A DNA stretch of 53,317 nt from an uncultured archaeon (GTDB lineage: Archaea > Asgardarchaeota > Thorarchaeia > Thorarchaeales > Thorarchaeaceae), in NCBI GenBank assembly GCA_964458565.1, contig CAYWJO010000002.1, forward strand, positions 137,008 through 190,324, written 5' to 3'. This document shows, piece after piece, positions 1-7,501 of this stretch. Each line of letters opens with the position of its first letter. Position 1 is the first letter of the stretch. The translations under genes and the position numbers were made by a program. Under the pieces are notes generated by a model. That model saw nothing but the letters and a program-made list of their open reading frames with translations, ran no database searches and was not told the origin of the DNA.

Positions 1-103
1 AAGAGGTAGTTATTGAGGAAGTTGAAGAGGTAATTGTTGAAGAAGACGAAGAGGTAGTTATTGAGGAAGTTGAAGAGGTAATTGTTGAAGAAGACGAAGA
101 GGT
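1..103 (+). repeat. 48-bp coding tandem repeat (2 exact copies plus a partial copy) encoding EEVVIEEVEEVIVEED
   Basis: 1-48 is identical to 49-96; 97-103 begins a third copy. Confidence 0.9.
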
Positions 104-854
104 TGAAGATCTAGTCATCACTGAGGACAAGGAATATACCGTTGAGGAATATATTCTATTCGAAGATGCTGATCTTGCTGTATCTTCGGAGAATGAAGAG
201 GGTCTTGAAGACGAGGATGCGGCTGAACTTGCTCCTGAAATAGACCTTGAAGAAACAGAGCCGGTAATTCAACAATCCGATGTTGAGGAGATGGAGGAAT
301 CTCAATTAATTGATGTTGAGAGCTCCCCTCAAGAAGAACCATCAATTTCTGTTATGTTTGATGAAGAATTCGAGATTGATGAAAGCCACCCTGACGAGAT
401 ATCTGATGCTTTTGAAGTCGCTACAATTTCTGAAGATCATACAATATCAGATGAACCCGTTGTTTATTTCATCGAAGAAGATCGGGCTGAAGATTTTAAT
501 GAAACCTCTCTTGCAAAAGATTTGATATCTGATAAGCTGGAGGCTGATGAGATTGTGTCAGAAGAGATCGGTCGTGTTTCAGAGGAAGATATTGACATAG
601 CGCTTGAAGCTCTCTCTTCAGATGAAGCAGTAGCAATTGATGAAGCGGAAGAACGTCCGGCTGAAGAAATTGATGATTCTGTGAAGGAATTTGCTGAAAT
701 TTTGGGCACGCTTGATTCTTATGAGAAAGAACCTGTCGTTGTAGACGAGGATGATGAAGATGAGATGGGATTTAGTGATTATCTAGCAGAAGAGTTAGAT
801 GACATCCTCAGCAAGATTCAGAAAGCTGGTAAACTCCCGAAAGATGAGGACTAA
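1..854 (+). CDS. Highly acidic, low-complexity (Glu/Asp-rich) protein, 5'-truncated by the window edge
   Basis: The frame of the 291..854 ORF is open back to position 3 (EVVIEEVEEVIVEED...), so the gene starts before the window; stop at 852-854. Confidence 0.8.
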   Translation, partial: EVVIEEVEEVIVEEDEEVVIEEVEEVIVEEDEEVEDLVITEDKEYTVEEYILFEDADLAVSSENEEGLEDEDAAELAPEIDLEETEPVIQQSDVEEMEESQLIDVESSPQEEPSISVMFDEEFEIDESHPDEISDAFEVATISEDHTISDEPVVYFIEEDRAEDFNETSLAKDLISDKLEADEIVSEEIGRVSEEDIDIALEALSSDEAVAIDEAEERPAEEIDDSVKEFAEILGTLDSYEKEPVVVDEDDEDEMGFSDYLAEELDDILSKIQKAGKLPKDED

Positions 855-913
855 TTTACCTTATGGCAAGGTTGATTTGTCAGTATTGCTTCATAAAAAC
901 TTAGGAATGCCAA

Positions 914-1270
914 TTGAAGTTAGATGAGATTGAGCCAGATTCGAACGTGTCTGAAGTAATAGTCCGAATTGTATCCAAAGCACCGCCACGATTGATTACT
1001 ACTCGTAGTGGACGAAAAACACAGCTGACAGAAGTTCTTGTATCAGACGGAACATCTAGAGTCATCCTCAGTCTTTGGGGATTCAATGAAGGGACAAATC
1101 TGTCCGCAGGAAAAGTGATTCGAATCACAAATGGTTGGGCGAAGGAGTGGCAAGGGAAGTTACAACTATCTCTTGGTAGAGAAGGACAATTCGAAGAAAT
1201 ACCTGATGACGGATCAATTCCTTCTATTACAGAACTTGGGGCAATGATGGATGCCGATATGACAGAATAG
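914..1270 (+). CDS. ssb: Single OB-fold ssDNA-binding protein (crenarchaeal SSB / hSSB1-like)
   Basis: OB-fold pattern V.DGT..V.LSLW...G.VIRI.NG..KEWQG.LQL.LG, plus a short acidic tail. Confidence 0.8.
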   Translation: MKLDEIEPDSNVSEVIVRIVSKAPPRLITTRSGRKTQLTEVLVSDGTSRVILSLWGFNEGTNLSAGKVIRITNGWAKEWQGKLQLSLGREGQFEEIPDDGSIPSITELGAMMDADMTE

Positions 1271-1301
1271 ACACTGCACGATTAACGAATGGTGAATAAT
1301 T

Positions 1302-1790
1302 TTGGTAGGGGTATATCTCTCAGGTCCTATTATTCATCAGAATCTTCGCAAGGATGATTTCTATAAAACAATTATTCAAATTCTAGAATCGAAAGGGCAC
1401 GAGGTGTTTGCACCACAATTCCTTCCACCAGCTGATTCAACTGTTATCTACAAACGAGATGTTGATGCAGTAGAGAGATGTGATGTACTTATTGGTGAAG
1501 TTTCAAGTCCCTCTCTTGGAGTTGGAATGGAGATAATGCTTGCCATCACACTGCAAAAACCTGTGTTACTCTTTCATAATCCAGAATTCGGATTACTCTC
1601 GAAGATGGTTAAAGGCGCTCTAGGGCTTGCAATCTTTTCATATAAGCAACTTCAAGATGTGCGTAAAGTCTTGGAGCGTATTGACCTGTTGAATCTTCAA
1701 CTTGGACCTTCTTGTCCATCATGTAAGGCTTCTATTGTTGAATTAAACGAAGAAAAGCTTCGATGTATTGTCTGTGGCAGGGAAGAGTAA
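1302..1790 (+). CDS. Nucleoside 2-deoxyribosyltransferase / DNPH1(RCL)-like N-glycosidase with C-terminal zinc ribbon
   Basis: VYLSGPI, IYKRD, CDVLIGEVS.PSLGVGMEI, SKMV motifs; CPSC...CIVC at the C-terminus. Confidence 0.8.
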   Translation: MVGVYLSGPIIHQNLRKDDFYKTIIQILESKGHEVFAPQFLPPADSTVIYKRDVDAVERCDVLIGEVSSPSLGVGMEIMLAITLQKPVLLFHNPEFGLLSKMVKGALGLAIFSYKQLQDVRKVLERIDLLNLQLGPSCPSCKASIVELNEEKLRCIVCGREE

Positions 1791-2736
1791 CTTGACTACT
1801 GAAGAAACCAAATTAGACGCATCAACAAGAACTCAGACTGAAATTATCTTACTAATCATATTAGCAGTCACAATGGTTTCAAGTGCTAGTCCACTGATAA
1901 AATTGAGTCAATCTCCTGATATTGTTAAAGTCTTCTGGCGAACCCTATACGGTGGCTTACTCATGGCTAGCGTGGGTGGATTGAAGGGTGATTGGAGTGA
2001 ATATAATAGCACATCAGTGAGAGAAAATTGGCCATGGATATTTGGCATCGGGATAATTCTTTCACTTCATTTCACAACATGGTTTGTGAGTCTATCACTC
2101 ACTACTATTGCTGCAAGTGTAGTTCTTGTTAATACTTCTCCAATGTTCACAGCAATCATCTCAGTTACGATTCTTGGAGAGTCCTTACGTCGTAGAACTA
2201 CATCAGGGATAATCATAGCTACACTTGGTGCAGTCCTTCTTGCTTGGAGTGATATTCAAGCCATCTTAGAGGGAGCAATAATCGGTGATCTATTAGCAGT
2301 GATAAGTGCTGTTTTTCTTTCAATTTATTTTCTGGGTGGGCAGAGATTTGCAAAGGGCATTCCAAATTCTGTATATACTTCCATCGTCTACCTTAGTGCT
2401 GCATTAGTGACATTGATCCAATGCTTAATCTTCCAGGTTGATTTTCTTGTATTTGACTCGACTGAAATGCTAATTTTCCTTGCTCTTGCATTATTCCCAA
2501 CAGCATTAGGTCATTCAGTAAACAACTATCTTCTTACAATCGTTCCTGCTTATGTTGTGTCATCTGTTGTACTTGGAGAGCCTATTGGTGCAACAATATT
2601 GGGAATTCTGATTTTTGGGGATTCTGAGATTCCCAATGCTATTCAACTACTCGGATTTGCTACAATCCTCATTGGCATTGCACTTGTGATTCTTGATCTC
2701 ACTAAAAGGAACCGGGCTGCAGTCATTAACCCTTGA
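1768..2736 (+). CDS. DMT/EamA family transporter (true start possibly TTG at 1792)
   Basis: About 10 hydrophobic helices; HF..WF.SL..T.IA.S..LV...P, GD..A and LGEP.GA motifs. Confidence 0.9.
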   Translation: MSVAGKSNLTTEETKLDASTRTQTEIILLIILAVTMVSSASPLIKLSQSPDIVKVFWRTLYGGLLMASVGGLKGDWSEYNSTSVRENWPWIFGIGIILSLHFTTWFVSLSLTTIAASVVLVNTSPMFTAIISVTILGESLRRRTTSGIIIATLGAVLLAWSDIQAILEGAIIGDLLAVISAVFLSIYFLGGQRFAKGIPNSVYTSIVYLSAALVTLIQCLIFQVDFLVFDSTEMLIFLALALFPTALGHSVNNYLLTIVPAYVVSSVVLGEPIGATILGILIFGDSEIPNAIQLLGFATILIGIALVILDLTKRNRAAVINP

Positions 2737-4171
2737 TTACTCCAATAGGTCGCAATCTTACAGCTTTTGTAGCAATACCAACAGCATCAGAAACTCTTAC
2801 TACTTCATCGACATCCTTGTACGCTCCCGGAGCTTCTTCTGCAATCACTACAGCCTTTGTGGATTTTACAATGATACCTTCACTAGCAAGTTTTGATTGA
2901 ATTTCCTTGCCAAAGAACTGACTTTTAGCTTTTGTACGGCTCATGAATCTTCCAGCACCATGTGCAGTTGAACCAAAAGTGAGTTCCATACCTTTCTGAT
3001 TGCCTACTAGGATATATGATGCTGTACCCATAGTACCCGGTATGAGAACCGGTTGACCAATCTCTTTGTATGCTTGAGGGGTTTCTTTATGCCCTGGAGG
3101 AAATGCACGTGTTGCACCCTTTCGATGCACAACTACTTTGGTTTTCTTTCCATCAATTTCATGCTCTTCCACCTTACCCATATTATGAGCTACATCGTAT
3201 ATGAGATGCATATCCATATCTTCTGGTGATTGACCTAAGACCTTTGAGAATGCTGACCTTGACCAATGCATCATTGATTGTCTATTTGCCCATGCATAAT
3301 TAGCAGCAGCACTCATTGCACCAAGATATGCTTGTCCTTCAGGAGATGTAATTGGGGCACTACAGAGCTCTCTATCTGGCACTTCAATGTTATATTTTCT
3401 CATTGCTTGGGTCATAGTCTTGATATAATCTCCGCAAACCTGATGGCCAAGTCCACGTGATCCACTATGAATCATCATCATAATCTGACCTTTTCTTGTT
3501 ACTCCCATTGCTTTCGCTGCGGTTTCATCATAAATATCATCCACTACCTGAATCTCAAGAAAGTGATTCCCCGACCCCAATGTACCAATCTGGTTTAAAC
3601 CTCTCTTCTTCGCTTGGTCTGAAACCTTTGAGGGATCTGCAATATCCAAACAACCACCTGCTTCCTGATGGAGTACATCTTCGTCCCAGCCATACCCATT
3701 TTCTACTGCCCAAACAGCACCGCCTTCGAGAACCTCATCTATGCCTTTGACTCCTTGAATCCGAATCTTCCCAGTCTGTCCAATTCCAGTTGGTACTTCA
3801 TCAAACAACCTATCAATAAGCTGTCTTAGATGTGGTCTCACATCTTTTTCATCAAGATTGGTTCTGAGAACTCTCACACCACAATTGATATCATATCCAA
3901 CCCCACCTGGAGAGATGACCCCTGATTCATAGTCAGTTGCAGCGACGCCTCCTATAGGAAAGCCATATCCTTGGTGGCCATCTGGAAGTATAATACTGTG
4001 TGTATATATTCCGGGTAGACATGCTGCATTTGCTCCTTGAGCGAAGGTTTTATCCTGTTGCATTTTCTTCACTAAATTATCAGAGGCAAAGATATGAACT
4101 GGGACTCTCATGCATTCTTGAAATCCCTTAGGTATCTCATAGATATTCTCGGAAATCTTATTGACTTGCAT
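2726..4171 (-). CDS. rtcB: RNA 2',3'-cyclic phosphate--5'-OH ligase RtcB (tRNA-splicing ligase)
   Basis: PDGHQGYGFPIG, GVGYDINCG, GTLGSGNHFLE, HSGSRG, DVAHN, HRKGAT, HGAGR and EEAP.AYKD motifs; length consistent with no intein. Confidence 0.97.
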   Translation of the reverse strand: MQVNKISENIYEIPKGFQECMRVPVHIFASDNLVKKMQQDKTFAQGANAACLPGIYTHSIILPDGHQGYGFPIGGVAATDYESGVISPGGVGYDINCGVRVLRTNLDEKDVRPHLRQLIDRLFDEVPTGIGQTGKIRIQGVKGIDEVLEGGAVWAVENGYGWDEDVLHQEAGGCLDIADPSKVSDQAKKRGLNQIGTLGSGNHFLEIQVVDDIYDETAAKAMGVTRKGQIMMMIHSGSRGLGHQVCGDYIKTMTQAMRKYNIEVPDRELCSAPITSPEGQAYLGAMSAAANYAWANRQSMMHWSRSAFSKVLGQSPEDMDMHLIYDVAHNMGKVEEHEIDGKKTKVVVHRKGATRAFPPGHKETPQAYKEIGQPVLIPGTMGTASYILVGNQKGMELTFGSTAHGAGRFMSRTKAKSQFFGKEIQSKLASEGIIVKSTKAVVIAEEAPGAYKDVDEVVRVSDAVGIATKAVRLRPIGVIKG

Positions 4172-4330
4172 CTCTTACTCTCCGGTCGGTTCCTAGCATC
4201 AATGTACCTAGTATATGCTATAAGATTTGTGAACTATCCTAATCCGTGACATTTTTCTGTATCCTTCTTCTGATAATATGTGAGTCTTTTGACTACAGAA
4301 AAATGGAGGCTATTGTATCAGGTGCCTGAA

Positions 4331-5356
4331 ATGCGATTGACTGCAATGGTAACAAACCACGGGTGAAGCTGCAAGGTCAAACAAGCTGAGTTAAAGCGGC
4401 TCCTGAGTGCAGCAGGTCTGCTCTCTCAAGATGCAGTGTGCACCGGGGATATTGGTGATGATGCGGTTGTTCGAGTTGTTTCGAAGGAAATCGCCATCAT
4501 TGAGAACGTAGATGTCTTTACACCTATACACGACGATCCCTTTACTCAAGGGGAAATTGTGGCATGCAACGCGACAAATGACGTATTTGCTATGGGTTGT
4601 ACAGATATTCTCTCACTCCAAGCATTCCTAGGAATACCAGATGATTTACCCGAGGTGATTTCAGTAGGAGTACTTCGGGGCATGGACGCATTCATGAGAA
4701 AACTGGGTGCCTGCATAACGGGTGGTCAGACTATTAAGAATCCTGTACCTGTTTTTGGGGGAATATGCTTTGGTTTAATGCATCCCAACAAAGTTGTACG
4801 TTCTGCAGGAGCTAAACATGGAAACGTTGTCTTACTAACAAAACCTCTTGGTATACAACCTGCAATGAGATCTTATCGTGATTTACAGGATGAGAAACGG
4901 GATGTACTGCTAGAAAACTTCCCGGAATCAAGCCTCCGGGAAATGCAGGATATAGCTGTACGAATAATGACTCAAAGCAATCTTGAGGTGGCACAAGCTA
5001 TGGATGCCATAGGAGTTAATGCTGCGACTGATGTTACAGGATTTGGCATTCTTGGTCATGCTGAGAACGTTGCAACGTTGAGCTGTATGGATATTGTCCT
5101 AGATAAAATCCCAGTGATTTCTGGAACACTAGAGCTCGCTAATTTCTATGGACATGACCTCGCCGCTGGTAGAGCAGCTGAAACCGCCGGAGGAATCCTT
5201 GCTTTCCTTGAACCTGAGAAGGTGCAGGGCTTTATTGAATTCCTTGAAGAATGCAATCTGCCTTGCTGGCCTGTTGGAGTTGTCACCGAACCCGTTGGTG
5301 TACCATCTGCTAAATTGGCATATGACGTCGAGTTTATTGAGACCGATTTCCCATGA
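4331..5356 (+). CDS. selD: Selenophosphate synthetase, selenoprotein (Sec codon TGA at 4364-4366)
   Basis: In frame upstream of the listed ORF: MRLTAMVTNHG-U-SCKV, matching the SelD (C/U)xCK motif. Downstream: GDDA, DVFTP, NA.NDVFAMG, GGQT, LTKPLG, TDVTGFGILGH, ETAGG. The start may instead be GTG 4322 or TTG 4313. Confidence 0.95.
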
Positions 5357-5394
5357 TGACCGCTACAAACCTACTGGGAAGCGGCTGAGGAGAT
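5346..5394 (+). promoter_or_regulatory. Candidate eukaryote-type SECIS element of selD
   Basis: AUGA(5353-5356)U, then stem G(A)CCGCU-A-C / G-A-AGCGGC, AAA(5367-5369), CC/GG mini-stem, UGAG(5386-5389); lower helix AUUUC/GAGAU. Confidence 0.7.
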
Positions 5395-5781
5395 GCTGTC
5401 GCAAACAGCCGGTCTCACATCCTATTTCTTCTATTCTGATGGATTGGCGCTATTCAAAGACTTGATTCAATCCCTAAATTCGTTCGATATTTTCTTCTGG
5501 AGTGCTAAGCTCAATTTCAGGAATAACGAATTTACCTATCTCAAAAATCTTATGCAATTCCTATTCAAGTAATCCGAATAACTAGTCTAATCCCTGTCTT
5601 ATTTCAGATATGTACTAATTTCCTCTCTCATAATCATGTGGCATAAGTTCGTTTTTTGTCGATGTACGTGATTGGATTTCAATTTTAACCATGGTAGAAG
5701 GAAATATTTACTCATTGAGGATAACACGATAAACCATAAAACCACTAACTAGTTAGTTCCAATAGGGATTCCGAGAGAAAT

Positions 5782-6498
5782 TTGAAGGTGCTAAAACTGA
5801 AAATAGTTGTAACAGGTCCATATGAAGCTGGAAAGAGCCTACTAATTAACAAGCTTACGGGGGGTGCATGTATCAATATCGAACGTCGAGGAACCACTAT
5901 TGCTATGGATCACGGGTTAAAGGATGTAGATGGGATGACTGTTTTTCTTTTCGGTACACCCGGACTATTACGATTTAGAACCATGAGAAAGATTCTTAGC
6001 TCAGGTGCTGATGGAATTATCTTCGTTGTAGATTCAGCGGATAAAGAATCTGATGCAAGAGCTAAATTATTTTTCAGGGAGATAGCATTCTTTCTTCCAG
6101 GGGTTCCGTGTGTAGTTGCTGCAAATAAGCAGGATTTGCCAAACGCTCGGAGGGTTGATGAGCTCAGAGATAGTATGCGCTTTCTCGTCGGTCTTCCTGT
6201 AATACCATGCTCCGCAGAAACTGGATCTAATGTAGATAATACTCTGAGAACTCTTCTATATCTCTCTATGATGCAGTGGAGTTCAGTATTCTCAAAGTTC
6301 GCTGAATTTAGTGGTAGTGATGAGGGCTTGAGGAATTTGATGGCTCAGCTTAACCTTGAGCGAAACCAAGCAGTCGGTTATTTACGGCGATTTGAATTAA
6401 GAAAACTATTAGAGGTTACTTTGGGTGATGAAACTTTTACAGTAAAGGATTCTGTCTTACCAATACTAGAAAATCCTACGTTGATAATGAAGCGATAA
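5782..6498 (+). CDS. Small GTPase (MglA/CvnD-like) with a probable C-terminal winged-helix domain
   Basis: G1 GPYEAGKS, TTIAMDHG, FGTPG, DGIIFVVDS, G4 NKQD, G5 CSA; tail LMAQLNLERNQAVGYLRRFELRKLL looks HTH-like. Confidence 0.88.
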   Translation: MKVLKLKIVVTGPYEAGKSLLINKLTGGACINIERRGTTIAMDHGLKDVDGMTVFLFGTPGLLRFRTMRKILSSGADGIIFVVDSADKESDARAKLFFREIAFFLPGVPCVVAANKQDLPNARRVDELRDSMRFLVGLPVIPCSAETGSNVDNTLRTLLYLSMMQWSSVFSKFAEFSGSDEGLRNLMAQLNLERNQAVGYLRRFELRKLLEVTLGDETFTVKDSVLPILENPTLIMKR

Positions 6499-6564
6499 TG
6501 CACTTGGGGAAAGAATCAAAAGCAAGATAGACCCGACCTCTCATAGTCTGAGAGGTGTTTAATA

Positions 6565-7428
6565 TTGAGCGACGAAGAAGCTGAATTAGAAGACATGGAC
6601 CCTACTCAACTCCTTGAAGAGGCAAATGCAGCAAAAGAATCTGGTGAAAAGGAAGTTGCTGCTAAATTGTTCAACGCTGCAGGCAACATCTACATGTCAG
6701 TGGCTGAATTCGAAGAAGCACTCACAAGCTTTCAGAGTGCTTTAGAACTTTATGAAGATCTTGGAGATAAGATTGGTATCAGCGATAGCATATACAATCT
6801 TGGAGTCGCCCAAATTAATTTAGAACAATGGGACGAAGCTGCAAAAACCTGTCAGACTGCGAAGGATCTATTCGAAGAAACATCTAACAATGAGGGTGTG
6901 GCTGATGCACTCTATGGGCTTGCATTGGCTCATCTAGGTCAGAAGCAATTCGAAACCGCACTTGATTTCTTTAAGCAAGCACAAAAGGCTTACAGTGCAG
7001 TCGATAATGAGCAAGGTGTTGTCAGTATAATTATGGATATTGGTAACGCATATGCAGATCAGGAAGATTTTATCACAGCGGAAAAAGAATTTAAAAAGGC
7101 TCTGAAAATCTATCGAGAACTTGACGACAAAGCGGGTATCGCTGATGCTCTCTCATTAATCGGTGATATCGCTGAGATGAACAATAACCAGAAGAAATCA
7201 GCAGAGTGTTTTATTGAAGCTGCACAATGTTACATGGATGCAGAAATCTATGAAATAGCTCGTGAAGTTATTGAACGAGCCGAGAGTAAAATGTGGGACC
7301 TTCCCAAAGCAACACGTAGGCGTCTTAGAAAAGAAGTAGACGATATCATCGACGCTTTGCCAGAGGATATACCTATCGATGACGACGAAGACGGAGACTT
7401 TGACGAAGATTTAACTGACTTTCAATAA
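6565..7428 (+). CDS. Tetratricopeptide-repeat protein (about 40-aa MalT/alpha-SNAP-like repeats) with acidic termini
   Basis: Repeats of G..(S/D)...(N/G)(L/I)G..(Y/H)......(E/D).A...F..A...Y; AKLFNAAGNIY and AECFIEAAQCY segments. Confidence 0.85.
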   Translation: MSDEEAELEDMDPTQLLEEANAAKESGEKEVAAKLFNAAGNIYMSVAEFEEALTSFQSALELYEDLGDKIGISDSIYNLGVAQINLEQWDEAAKTCQTAKDLFEETSNNEGVADALYGLALAHLGQKQFETALDFFKQAQKAYSAVDNEQGVVSIIMDIGNAYADQEDFITAEKEFKKALKIYRELDDKAGIADALSLIGDIAEMNNNQKKSAECFIEAAQCYMDAEIYEIAREVIERAESKMWDLPKATRRRLRKEVDDIIDALPEDIPIDDDEDGDFDEDLTDFQ

Positions 7429-7501
7429 GATTTCTCCAGCTTAACAACTCTATTGAATGGAATAACAGTCAGGAAAACCCTATTATCATTCATGTTTCAT
7501 A

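Noticed and set aside
1-103. Direct repeats as a CRISPR array
   Set aside because: The copies are contiguous with no spacers, the period is a multiple of 3, and they lie inside an open reading frame.
2726-4171. Intein in RtcB (also checked IleRS, EF-2, Tes)
   Set aside because: Lengths and motif spacing are normal, and no intein terminal or LAGLIDADG motifs were seen.
4364-4366. selD as a pseudogene with a premature stop
   Set aside because: The TGA falls exactly on the catalytic Cys/Sec position, the rest of the gene is intact, and a SECIS candidate follows.
5381-5417. Hammerhead ribozyme (CTGAGGA core)
   Set aside because: The required GAAA after stem II is absent (GCAAAC), and stems I and III cannot be built convincingly.
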